Shown piece after piece: positions 37,990 through 47,493 of a stretch of 64,000 nt of DNA. The DNA lies in NCBI GenBank assembly GCA_963758495.1, contig CAVWVI010000001.1:160001-224000 (forward strand), in the 5' to 3' direction. Under the pieces are notes generated by a model. That model ran no database searches. It was not told the DNA's origin and saw only the letters and a list, made by a program, of their open reading frames with translations. Source of the stretch: Oligoflexia bacterium. GTDB lineage: Bacteria > Bdellovibrionota > UBA1018. The position numbers and the translations under genes were made by a program. Positions within the stretch are counted from its first letter, which is position 1, and each line of letters opens with the position of its first letter.

Positions 37990-38934
37990 ATGCAACCTAT
38001 GCCCTTTCGTTCAGATCAGAAATTGACTCAGGTGTTAAGTCAACAAAAGTTCACTTTATCTGCTGAAGTCATTCCTCCTCGGAATGGTTCTGAACAGCTC
38101 AAAGTTTTTCATCAAATTGAAACACTTATCCAGAATGGAGCACAATTTCTAGCCGTTACAAAAGGAGCAGGAGGAAGCCTCCGTGGAGGGAGTTTACCCA
38201 TCGCTCAAGCGATTAAAGAAAGATTTGCTGTTCCTTGTATTGCGCATTTTACCTGTCGAGACCTCACTCCTTCCGAAGTTGAAAATGGTTTAATGGATCA
38301 TCATTATTTTGGAATCCGTAATATCTTGGCCTTACGAGGAGATCCACCCGATGGACAACCTTTTTGGCAACCGAGAGAAGGAGGGTATAATTATGCTTAT
38401 CAATTGATTGAGCAGATTCGTAACCTCAACTCGGGAGTTTATTTACCACGGCTCAATGGCCCCAAAACGGACCACCCAGAAGCTACAGATTTTTGTATCG
38501 GCGCTGCCTGTTATCCAGACTATCCTCATGAAGAAGATCGAATTCATTTTTTTCGAATGAAGGTGGAGGCGGGTGCTGAATTCGGCATGACAGACATGTT
38601 GTTTGATCCCGATTCCTATGCTCGCTTTATCGATTTGTGCCAGAAACATCGAATTGAAATCCCGATTTTGCCTGGTACACGGTTTTTAAAAACTCGAACC
38701 CAAGCACTTCGAATGGCTGAGAAGTTTAAAACCAAGATTCCCACTCCAACTTTAGAAGGACTCGCAGAAACAGATGGCCCAGACGCAATCGCAAGGGGTC
38801 TCGATTTATTTATGAAGATGACAGAACGCCTCCAAAAGCTGGGAGCACCTGGAATTCATCTCTACGTTATTTCAGATACAGCAGGAGCATCAGCAACTCT
38901 TCAGCAGTTAGCAGAACGATATCCAAGGCCTTGA
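37990..38934 (+). CDS. metF: Methylenetetrahydrofolate reductase
   Basis: SAEVIPP, VTKGAGG, AHFTCRD, LALRGDPP, KVEAGA and GIHLY. Confidence 0.9.
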   Translation: MQPMPFRSDQKLTQVLSQQKFTLSAEVIPPRNGSEQLKVFHQIETLIQNGAQFLAVTKGAGGSLRGGSLPIAQAIKERFAVPCIAHFTCRDLTPSEVENGLMDHHYFGIRNILALRGDPPDGQPFWQPREGGYNYAYQLIEQIRNLNSGVYLPRLNGPKTDHPEATDFCIGAACYPDYPHEEDRIHFFRMKVEAGAEFGMTDMLFDPDSYARFIDLCQKHRIEIPILPGTRFLKTRTQALRMAEKFKTKIPTPTLEGLAETDGPDAIARGLDLFMKMTERLQKLGAPGIHLYVISDTAGASATLQQLAERYPRP

Positions 38935-38935
38935 G

Positions 38936-39013
38936 TTGATAACAATTCGCCTTCCATCGGAAACCATTGCAAAGCTGAAATCCATGGCAACAAAGGAAGG
39001 ACTACCTTAGCAA
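38936..39013 (+). pseudogene. Remnant of a CopG/BrnA-like ribbon-helix-helix antitoxin
   Basis: Manual translation LITIRLPSETIAKLKSMATKEGLP*Q; TAG falls where GLPYQ is expected. Confidence 0.55.
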
Positions 39014-39420
39014 TTGAGGTCATATTCGAGGCACTCCGGGCGACTTAATGGAAGTGCTTATTTTTTTCGGGTGAGGCTGGGCGTGCGATGTATGTCCTAT
39101 AAATCGCATGACCGCAGAAGTGCATTGTGAATTTTTATTTTTAAAGACAGCTCTGCTGTACCAATGCTTTTACCAGTTACTTCCCGCGTCGGAAGTGAAC
39201 CTGAAAAAAAATGAAGGGACACTCATTTTTCGCTTGCGACCCTGACGCAGAGGGAAATTTAAAATCCAATCATCTGTCCCAGATCTGAGTTAAAAGAATA
39301 GCGAGACGCAATAAGGTGCCTCACAGTGGGAGCCAGAAATATCGAGTATGCCCCGGGATTATCAGATTTTTGTAAGTGCATAAAAATCGATTAAACGCTT
39401 AAAATTCAGCCCAAAATTCT

Positions 39421-40485
39421 GTGTTAAAATACTTTTCACGTATGGAAAAACTTGAAGTATTTCTGGAAAATGTAGAACTCAAAAAGCTCACCGATCAACA
39501 ACTCCATCACAAGATGGTATGGACTTCTCAAAAAGAGCGAGAAATCACCGCTCAGATGATCAGCATGATTGCTGAAGCTGCAAAGAGGAGATTTTATCTC
39601 GACTTAGAGTTTGGAACACTCTTTGACTATATGACCATTGGTTTACATTATAGTGCAGCAGCTGCACAGCGAAGAATCAGCGCTGCTCGGATTACAGTGG
39701 AAGTCCCCGAAGTTAAAACCCAGATTTTAGATGGAAGTCTGACCCTTTCTGCGCTGGCGCAAGCAGAGAAGTTTTTCAGAAATGAACAAAAGAATGACCA
39801 CACCCTCAACTTGGATGAGAAGAAAAACGTCCTACAACAGCTGAAAAATAAGAGTTCAAGAGAAGCAGAAAAGACGTTACTCCAGATGTCCTCCGCTCCT
39901 GAGCAACTGCAGCCTGAAAAAATAAAACCTATGAATGCTGAGTTGAGTCAGATCACGTTCAATGCCAACTCAGAGTTTATGGCGCTTTTGGGGGAGTCCC
40001 GTGGATTGCTCGGGCATCAAATGCCAGGCGCATCGATTGCGGAAGTCTTAGCTGAGATGATGAAGCTGGGCCTGAGCGAACTGAAAAAGAAAAAGTTCAA
40101 AGTGAAGTCCACTGTCGAGTCAGTTCAAGTAGCCAAGTCGGAAGAAGCAGAAACTGTAGAAGTGACTTCCCACGCCGGAAGTGGAGTCGCTTCCACGGTA
40201 TCTCATGATTCTGAATACATCACCCATGAAGTCAAAAGAACAGTCTACCAAAGAGATCAAGGTCGTTGCGTGGTTCTCAATCCCAGGACCGGCAAACCTT
40301 GTGGGAGTATGACATTTCTTGAATATGATCACTTTCCAATCCCGCGAGCCAAAGGTGGGCCTTCGACGGCATTGAACTTAAGACTCAGCTGTAGGACTTG
40401 CAACAGACTGCACGCAGTGCAATCCTATGGAAGAGCACATGTTTTAAAATATATGGAATCACCCGAGACTCAATTCATCAGGTAG
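39421..40485 (+). CDS. HNH endonuclease with long helical N-terminal domain
   Basis: KERE...RRFYL...TLFDY...YS...AQRRI; C-terminus VYQRDQGRC...C...LEYDH..P.AKGG...NLRLSCRTCN. Confidence 0.85.
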   Translation: MLKYFSRMEKLEVFLENVELKKLTDQQLHHKMVWTSQKEREITAQMISMIAEAAKRRFYLDLEFGTLFDYMTIGLHYSAAAAQRRISAARITVEVPEVKTQILDGSLTLSALAQAEKFFRNEQKNDHTLNLDEKKNVLQQLKNKSSREAEKTLLQMSSAPEQLQPEKIKPMNAELSQITFNANSEFMALLGESRGLLGHQMPGASIAEVLAEMMKLGLSELKKKKFKVKSTVESVQVAKSEEAETVEVTSHAGSGVASTVSHDSEYITHEVKRTVYQRDQGRCVVLNPRTGKPCGSMTFLEYDHFPIPRAKGGPSTALNLRLSCRTCNRLHAVQSYGRAHVLKYMESPETQFIR

Positions 40486-40679
40486 AAGCTCGCGCAAGCT
40501 AGAGAACAATTGATCGAACTCCATCACGTCGCACGGAGTGCCTCGAATATAATCTAAATTCCGGTGGCGGCCGCACTGGTTTGAAGTCTACCTTAAAAGA
40601 ACCTTAACTTTTGCTAACTTTACATGTGCGTCATTTTTGCTAAGACGCGCACTAGGAGCAGCAGAAGCTGGAATGAGTA

Positions 40680-41324
40680 ATGAGAAATTTTAAAGTTTTT
40701 TCTGCAAAGAAAACCGGGATTCCCTTCGCATTGACCTTATCATTTTTAGCAACCTCTGCGTTCGCAGATTGCGAAGTTGAAAAGCAAGCACGAGATGCTT
40801 TAAAGGGGACACAAAATACCTTGAACCAAGCTTCAGCTTGGACAGTGATTGGCGGGATGGCTGGCGGTGCAGCAATAGGTGGTCCAGTAGGTGCACTCGG
40901 TGGTCTTCTGGGAGCAATACCAGGACTCTTCGGGAAGATAAATAATGACAAGTTAAACGCAGCTGAGGCTCGTTTGAGTGAATGCCTGGGTGCGATTACT
41001 AGAGCTAATATTGTGGCTCAGAATAGAGCCAAGTCTAACGCGGAACTATTGAGCGACCTGACTCAATCTATTAATAGAAGCTTTACCGAGCGGAAACAGG
41101 AAATAGACCACGAATTTAATCACGGTGTTCAAGGACTAAATAATCGAGCTATAGAAGAAGGTTTAGATCTTGAAGACAATGAAGTTCGGCAACGAATCAC
41201 TTTAGTGATAGATCAATTAAGAGCAGTGCGTGATCAACAGCTTGCAAAATTGGACGAGCAACGAATTTCTGAGCTTTCCAAGCCAATTGAATCGGTGACG
41301 GCTGGGAGAAAGTTCAGCTTATAG
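40680..41324 (+). CDS. Secreted glycine-zipper/coiled-coil protein
   Basis: Signal ending SAFA; GGMAGGAAIGGPVGALGGLLGA; helical C-terminus. Confidence 0.7.
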   Translation: MRNFKVFSAKKTGIPFALTLSFLATSAFADCEVEKQARDALKGTQNTLNQASAWTVIGGMAGGAAIGGPVGALGGLLGAIPGLFGKINNDKLNAAEARLSECLGAITRANIVAQNRAKSNAELLSDLTQSINRSFTERKQEIDHEFNHGVQGLNNRAIEEGLDLEDNEVRQRITLVIDQLRAVRDQQLAKLDEQRISELSKPIESVTAGRKFSL

Positions 41325-41335
41325 ATCAACCACGC

Positions 41336-41566
41336 ATGAACCGCATCTATGTTAATCGGACTGAAGGGCCGCAGAAGAAATATTTTGGTTATGTCCGGCA
41401 AAAAGATCGTTGTGAGGTATACAAACTTTATGACAATGACAAATACTGTACTGTCACCGATCCCAGCCAGATGAATCGATTGGGTGGTTTTGGTCAGGTC
41501 CGAGTGATTAATGACTCCTTAAATGTTCTAAAAGGGTTCACGTATACAGGCAGTTGCGCAGGATAA
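41336..41566 (+). CDS. Small Cys-containing ORF, possibly a 3' gene fragment
   Basis: Co-oriented 76-aa ORF ending YTGSCAG; no clear RBS. Confidence 0.4.
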   Translation: MNRIYVNRTEGPQKKYFGYVRQKDRCEVYKLYDNDKYCTVTDPSQMNRLGGFGQVRVINDSLNVLKGFTYTGSCAG

Positions 41567-41578
41567 TAGGAAAAACTT

Positions 41579-41842
41579 ATGAAAAACCTTATGAGTTTGC
41601 TTCTTATTTTGAACTCAGTCGCTTTCGCTGGGGAAGGTGGCACAATCACTACGACTATTGGACTCTCTTTGCCTCTTGGTCCTCCTGTGAGCGGTAATCC
41701 GATGAGTGGGATTATCGCTGGTTTGTATAACCGTGGACCTGATCCAGTTGACGCTAATTTCAAAAACGTAAATAATACGATTGCCCAGCAAAGTGCAAAC
41801 ACTGCTCAGATTAACGCTTCTACAAATCAGGCAGATGATTGA
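41579..41842 (+). CDS. Short signal-peptide ORF, possibly truncated
   Basis: AGGA RBS; MKNLMSLLLILNSVAFA signal. Confidence 0.5.
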   Translation: MKNLMSLLLILNSVAFAGEGGTITTTIGLSLPLGPPVSGNPMSGIIAGLYNRGPDPVDANFKNVNNTIAQQSANTAQINASTNQADD

Positions 41843-42153
41843 TCTGGATACGGTCTTTATTAGGGAGCTTGATTAATATGGAAGAAATAAAAGATGACTA
41901 TCTTTACGATGAGCAACACATTTTTAGATTGGTTCCAGATCTAAAGTTGGTTAGCAAAGTAGGACGAGGAATGTTTGAGGAGTCGCTTTATTTTTCAGAA
42001 GAGAAGAAAGTTTATTTTGAAAAAGGAGCGTTTGGGACTCATGATGCTGTTTGTTTCAAAAAAAGTAAAATAAAAGATCTCGAAGAAGCCAGAAAATGGC
42101 TGCAGGATATGACGGAATACTGGAAAAAAACTTGGCCCGGAATACCTGCCTAA
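41839..42153 (+). CDS. Small hypothetical protein (immunity-protein-like composition)
   Basis: Acidic/aromatic ORF; likely true start at MEEIKDD. Confidence 0.5.
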   Translation: MIWIRSLLGSLINMEEIKDDYLYDEQHIFRLVPDLKLVSKVGRGMFEESLYFSEEKKVYFEKGAFGTHDAVCFKKSKIKDLEEARKWLQDMTEYWKKTWPGIPA

Positions 42154-42273
42154 TAATCGACATAAAAATTCATGATCATTCGGGAGAAGGAGATTTAGAC
42201 CCATCGAATGGGAATACCAGTAATTGGGTCCTTACCAGATGATTGCTGAACCAATGAATATTAAAGGTGTAAT

Positions 42274-42783
42274 ATGTTTAAAAAATTATCAGTTATTTTA
42301 TTATTTTGCGTATCGATAAACTCATGGGCCGCATTTGAGCCTAGTCTATTGGGCTTGACCGCTAGCCTTTCTTCGATTGGGTCAGACCCTGGGTTCAAGA
42401 TTGAAGCAGATAGTCCATTCTTCATCAAAGGCCTCTCAGCATTGAACTTGGAGTACGGTCGTTATTTTTCGTCTTTGGCAGGAGGAACCACTTCTTACGG
42501 CATCCTTCAATTAGGCGTAAAAAGTCGCATTTACTCCACAGAGCTCGCCTCAATTTATCTCAAGGGAGGAGGACTTTTTATCAATGGCGATTCCCTTTCC
42601 AGCAGCAGTTTGACCGGCCTTAATTACTCTGCTGGTAGCTATTTCAAGATTCCGGAATCGGTCATCCAATTGCAAGCTGAAATAGGATACAATTACCTGT
42701 TTAGTGGCAATGCAGATAAATTGAATGGTCAATCATTTGCTACGGGTGGTGTAATTTCGGTTGGTTTCGCCTACCCATTCTAA
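42274..42783 (+). CDS. Small outer-membrane beta-barrel protein
   Basis: Signal peptide, alternating beta-strand pattern and C-terminal Phe (VGFAYPF). Confidence 0.7.
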   Translation: MFKKLSVILLFCVSINSWAAFEPSLLGLTASLSSIGSDPGFKIEADSPFFIKGLSALNLEYGRYFSSLAGGTTSYGILQLGVKSRIYSTELASIYLKGGGLFINGDSLSSSSLTGLNYSAGSYFKIPESVIQLQAEIGYNYLFSGNADKLNGQSFATGGVISVGFAYPF

Positions 42784-42844
42784 CCAATCCGACTGGATTG
42801 ATTTATAATGGCGCATGACACTTCCTTCAAAATCAATCGCTTTT

Positions 42845-43546
42845 CTAAAGGCGATGAGGAAGGGAGAGGATTTTCGTGCGGATTTTTTCAAACTCTTCCA
42901 TAAACTCATGATTCAATTTCAATAGATGAAAGGTTCTTTCCGCTATTTCATATCCAGCACGAACATCACTAGGAAAATGAACGCCCAATATCATCCGTCC
43001 TCTCCCAATGTCTTCTGCTCGGTGCATGATCTTTTCCTTGCGATTCGGAAAAAGTTCTGAAAGAGCCAGACCTTGAATATAGGCTGCCGCTGCGTGTCCA
43101 CTGGGAAATGAGGTTCCGCGTGCGGCAAGTTTCCCTGCGCAAGGCGCGATTATTTTGGGTTGACGCAAATAGGGTCGAATTCGATTCGTCTTTTCCTTTA
43201 GAAAATGAACAGGTCTATCTACTTCGGTAGAAAGGTAGTTTAAGAAATGTTCCACTATTAAAAATTCAGAGGGAGTAAGAAGCCTACCGGAGTCAGGCCC
43301 AAAAAATGCTTCTGCCGACCAGGTTGCTTCTTTCCTGGCTTTTGCACAGTCGCCGGATGATCGTTCTTGCGTTATTTTTTTTACATCATCAATGTCTTGA
43401 GTTTCATCCAGGGGAACGCGAATATTGTTCAGAATCTGATCATAGTCGGCTTCTGTAATAAATGCAGCCTCTGCACGGGTGATTTGGATAAGCTGGCAGC
43501 TTAATAGTATGAGTATTAGGGCGAAGCCGCCGTTAAATAGTTTCAT
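42845..43546 (-). CDS. PAP2-family (class A) acid phosphatase
   Basis: K.....RP, SFPSGH and R...GVHFPSD motifs; signal peptide. Confidence 0.9.
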   Translation of the reverse strand: MKLFNGGFALILILLSCQLIQITRAEAAFITEADYDQILNNIRVPLDETQDIDDVKKITQERSSGDCAKARKEATWSAEAFFGPDSGRLLTPSEFLIVEHFLNYLSTEVDRPVHFLKEKTNRIRPYLRQPKIIAPCAGKLAARGTSFPSGHAAAAYIQGLALSELFPNRKEKIMHRAEDIGRGRMILGVHFPSDVRAGYEIAERTFHLLKLNHEFMEEFEKIRTKILSLPHRL

Positions 43547-43556
43547 TAAATCCCCC

Positions 43557-44654
43557 TTACTTCACCTTTTTCTTTAATGTCATTTTCTTGTGCCCGAGCC
43601 CAAGCTCTCCACTCAGTTGATTCAGATGATCCCCATTCTGTTTGTCCTGAATCTGATTCCGCTGCATACTTTCTATGAAATCCAGCACGATGGATCTTCC
43701 CAACTTCTTGTAACCTTTTAGGATCTTCTTGAATTCATTCTTGAGATCGGTGAATTTCTTTTCGGTCCATAGCTGATGCAGAGTTTTCCATAAAACCATT
43801 CGTTCATGGAAACGATCCAGCTGGGAGCTCTGAGAAATGAAAGCCTTAATGTCTTTCATTCGATTCAAAGCCTTTGCTTTGTCAACCTGCCCTCCCAAGA
43901 TCCCGTCGGATACCGTAGGAGACATCGGGGTCCATATTCCCGATTTGTCCTTTTCGAAATGGTCTCCTGAATGAAAAAACATGGGAAAATTTTCAAACTT
44001 ACCCACCAAATTCCATTTCAGTATGGAAGGGTCAACATTTTCGAAGAAAGGAATGAAGGAGGTCAGGAACACTCGAGTCGAAGGAATTTCAGGATTGTTC
44101 GAGCAGAGTAAGTGAGTCTTGAATTGATCTGCATACTCTTTGGAATACAAATTGATAATTTTCGCTGAAGCGGAGCCGGTGAATCCCGTATCCACAAATA
44201 AGAAGTGCTGTTTTCTCTTAAGAGCACTTTCTGAAATACCTTCTTGCTCCAGGTAATTCTTCATATTCGGATCTTTTAGAATGGAGCTGGATGTGAGGAT
44301 CAGGTGAATCCTGGCTTCATCAGGAGTACTGGAAGTGAGTGTAATGGCCGTATCATAAAGAAACTCCGCATCCCGACCCATAAAATAAATTGAATAATCC
44401 GGGTAAATGCAGAGGATCTCCGCAACTGCTTCCAAAGAGCCTAGCTTTAGCCCTTCTGACTCCACATGACTGAGAGAGCCCCAGTGCTCATTCTCGCTGG
44501 TGCTTGAGTCGGAATGATCTGAACTCAGAGGGATATTGCGAATGTCAGGACGTCCTGAGTAGGCCTCAAACACAGGGAATCCAGCGCAAATCGGATTGGC
44601 TACAAATAGTAACGCGAACAAAAGAATAGTAACCTTTGGGCAGAATGGTTTCAT
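43557..44654 (-). CDS. Secreted hypothetical protein with a PRTase-like VDTGFTGS motif
   Basis: Signal peptide; YFMGRDAEFLYD and FVDTGFTGS. Confidence 0.6.
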   Translation of the reverse strand: MKPFCPKVTILLFALLFVANPICAGFPVFEAYSGRPDIRNIPLSSDHSDSSTSENEHWGSLSHVESEGLKLGSLEAVAEILCIYPDYSIYFMGRDAEFLYDTAITLTSSTPDEARIHLILTSSSILKDPNMKNYLEQEGISESALKRKQHFLFVDTGFTGSASAKIINLYSKEYADQFKTHLLCSNNPEIPSTRVFLTSFIPFFENVDPSILKWNLVGKFENFPMFFHSGDHFEKDKSGIWTPMSPTVSDGILGGQVDKAKALNRMKDIKAFISQSSQLDRFHERMVLWKTLHQLWTEKKFTDLKNEFKKILKGYKKLGRSIVLDFIESMQRNQIQDKQNGDHLNQLSGELGLGHKKMTLKKKVK

Positions 44655-44832
44655 TCTAAATTAAGTATACGTGGGTTTTCGTATACCAGGCAACTATTCC
44701 TCCAACGACCTTTCTGCTTTCCTATGCCCCGCGTTTTGGGGAAGACCCTGATTTTCTCAAAGATCTCAGCTGCTTATTTACTTTTAAAATTAATTTCTTA
44801 AGAACTTTTCCGGAAACTTCCGGAACTTAAAT

Positions 44833-44921
44833 TGGTGCCGAGGACCAGAATCGAACTGGTACGGCCCTTTCGAACCGCAGGATTTTAAGTCCTGTGCGTC
44901 TACCTATTTCGCCACCCCGGC
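44833..44921 (-). tRNA. tRNA-Leu (TAA)
   Basis: GCCGGGGTGGCGAAATAGGTAGACGCACAGGACTTAAAATCCTG...GTTCGATTCTGGTCCTCGGCACCA; long variable arm. Confidence 0.97.
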
Positions 44922-45045
44922 AGATGACTTAACGTTTGATAGAACCTCTCATATCATGGTCTCTGGCTTTTCAAACGACTTTTTTACCAATTTTTGGCGA
45001 AAAGGGCTGGAGCCGACCCCGACACCTATTGACTGGGAACCCTGC

Positions 45046-47382
45046 TTATTTGCTCTCCATCTCAAAGCTACCATCCCAATCTAGAGCAGGAGGACTCTCC
45101 TGATAGTGTCGGCATCGATCCAAATAGATTTCGCAGGGACCATCGGGAACTTCCTGATTCGAAGCCAAGAGTCGATTCGCCGCCTCAAAAGTTTGAATGG
45201 CTTCAGTCCACTTACGCAATCGATAGAAGCCCCGTCCTTCTGCAAAGAGCTTGAGTCCTTCAGCTGAATATTCTTTTTCGAAGAGCTGAACTAACTCGAC
45301 TGCGATTTTTTTACCTTTAACTTTCACTTCATCCAAAACTCGGTGCGGTAATACTTCATGATTCGACTTCTGGATCGAGTCCAAAGTAAACCGGGTCGTT
45401 ACAATGGCTACCCCATATTTTTTTGTCATCCCTTCCACACGAGATGCAAGATTAACGTGATCTCCAATTACGGTATACTCAAAGTTTTGTTCCGAACCCA
45501 TGTTGCCCACATTGACGACGCCAGAATTAATTCCAATCCCAATATTCACTTCAATTCCATATTGAGACTTAAAACGTGCCGCATTACTTTCCAAAGCCTT
45601 CATCATTTCAACTGCTGCTTTGCAAGCATTTAACGCATGAACAGACTGAGGCAAAGGGGCACCCCAAAAAGCCATCACAGCGTCACCAATATATTTATCC
45701 AATGTTCCTTGATGCTGAAAGACAATGCCCGTCATAATTCCAAGATAGTCATTCAGAAAGGAAGCTAAAGCTTTCGCATCCATTTTTTCAGAAAAGGTCG
45801 TAAAACCCCGAATATCAGAAAACAGAATAGTCAATTCTCGTTTCTCACCTCCTAAGGAAAGCTTAGTAGGATCTTTCAGAATTGAATCCACCACTTCGGG
45901 GGTAACATATTTTGCAAACGCCCCCCGAATGAATTTTTTATTTCTTTCTTCGATGATGTATTTACCAGCTAAAGTCAGGATAAATACCGTACCCATTTCC
46001 AAATAAAGGAATGAGGTATTTAAATTATAATTGTTTGTAAATAAATATTTAAAATCTAAATACCAGAGACTTGAAAAAGATCCTGCAAAGAGAACCAAAG
46101 CAGGTACAGCATCCAGTCGCTCAACACCAAAAGCAAATAGACTCACTCCCACAATCATAAAGAAAAGGACCAAAAACGACCCATTCCCACTTGCCCCTGG
46201 AATCAGTGGGTCACCAGATAAAATATTATCCAAAATATTGGCATGTCCATCCACGCCGGGCGCATTAGATTCAAAGGGAAATTGCCTCATATCGTAAACA
46301 CCGATTGCTGAAAGACCAATGATTACATAGGCATCTTTTAAAACTGCTGCCTTGGATAAACCCGTAAGTTTCTGATTGAGTGGGTCTTCAATCGTATCTT
46401 TATCACTCACAATGTCCAGTGCCGGCACATGGGGAAACATGACACTTGGACCTCGAAAATTAATTTGAAGCGCACCCAAAGGTGTAACAGGAATGGTCTT
46501 CCCTGAAGATGCAAATCCTAGGGTCTTCACTCGAGCAGTATCGTCCAACGTGACCTGCAATTTTTCATTCAACCCCACTCGTGCCATATCTAAGGGCAAT
46601 GAAGGATGAGGCTTGCCGTTTGCAAAAACCAAAAGACTGGTGCGCCGGATATATCCATCCGAATCTAGAAAAGCATTTAAGAAACCAGAGTATTGTGCCG
46701 CTGCACTATACTCTTGAATATTTGTAATGGGCGTTACAAAGGAAACAATGGGAGTTCGAGTCGGATTAAAATTTTTGGCACTGAATTGATCAAAAGAAAA
46801 TTTATCAAATCCAGGAGGAAATTGACTGATTGCTCCAGGGTCAGTCACAGGACAAAACTGCGGCTCCTCATAGAGCGGTTGACATTGAAGTTCCGTTACC
46901 CAACCCAGTACTAGACGATTCCTATAACGACGAATGACTTCTTCGAGCTGATGATCGGTCTCGAATTTGGTGATCACGTCGTCGCTTATTTTTCCTTGTT
47001 TTAGAAGCTGCCTTAAGTCCTGCGGCACTCGAACGTCTGCTTCTGAAAAGATCATATCTAGACCTACAACCTTGGCACCCGCTTGAAAGGTCTTCTCAAT
47101 CAAATAGGCCATCACATCTCGATGCCAGGGCCATCGCCCCAAGGTCTCCAAAGCAGGACTATCAATATCCACTACGACCACTTTATTTTTAGGGGAGATG
47201 GGGCCACGCGTTTTAAACTTTAAATCTGTCATGACATTGGTAGCACGACTGAGTGCAGGAAAAACTTTTTCCCGCATGAAAGCATTTTCTAAATCGCCTC
47301 GAACACCCAGCTCAGTCACCCAAAAACAAAGGGAAAAGAACGTTACGACGGGTAGCTGTATTAACCAAAGCTTTTTCTTCAT
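45046..47382 (-). CDS. CHASE2-domain adenylate/guanylate cyclase
   Basis: VVVDID...GRWPW.R, D.DG.IR; ILFSDIRGFT, DKYIGDAVMAFW and YTVIGDHVNLASRVEG. Confidence 0.95.
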   Translation of the reverse strand: MKKKLWLIQLPVVTFFSLCFWVTELGVRGDLENAFMREKVFPALSRATNVMTDLKFKTRGPISPKNKVVVVDIDSPALETLGRWPWHRDVMAYLIEKTFQAGAKVVGLDMIFSEADVRVPQDLRQLLKQGKISDDVITKFETDHQLEEVIRRYRNRLVLGWVTELQCQPLYEEPQFCPVTDPGAISQFPPGFDKFSFDQFSAKNFNPTRTPIVSFVTPITNIQEYSAAAQYSGFLNAFLDSDGYIRRTSLLVFANGKPHPSLPLDMARVGLNEKLQVTLDDTARVKTLGFASSGKTIPVTPLGALQINFRGPSVMFPHVPALDIVSDKDTIEDPLNQKLTGLSKAAVLKDAYVIIGLSAIGVYDMRQFPFESNAPGVDGHANILDNILSGDPLIPGASGNGSFLVLFFMIVGVSLFAFGVERLDAVPALVLFAGSFSSLWYLDFKYLFTNNYNLNTSFLYLEMGTVFILTLAGKYIIEERNKKFIRGAFAKYVTPEVVDSILKDPTKLSLGGEKRELTILFSDIRGFTTFSEKMDAKALASFLNDYLGIMTGIVFQHQGTLDKYIGDAVMAFWGAPLPQSVHALNACKAAVEMMKALESNAARFKSQYGIEVNIGIGINSGVVNVGNMGSEQNFEYTVIGDHVNLASRVEGMTKKYGVAIVTTRFTLDSIQKSNHEVLPHRVLDEVKVKGKKIAVELVQLFEKEYSAEGLKLFAEGRGFYRLRKWTEAIQTFEAANRLLASNQEVPDGPCEIYLDRCRHYQESPPALDWDGSFEMESK

Positions 47383-47417
47383 TCTGATGAGTAAGCAGTT
47401 CCTTTAGGGTTGTTGAC

Positions 47418-47489
47418 AAGCACTGTAAGGAGTCTTGTTACGCCGTAAAGATTTGGATTCCCGGCGCAACAAGACTCCTTACAGTGCTT
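47418..47489. repeat. 72-bp intergenic palindrome (REP/MITE-like or terminator)
   Basis: AAGCACTGTAAGGAGTCTTGTT(a)CGCCG ... CGGCG(c)AACAAGACTCCTTACAGTGCTT. Confidence 0.85.
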
Positions 47490-47493
47490 ACGA

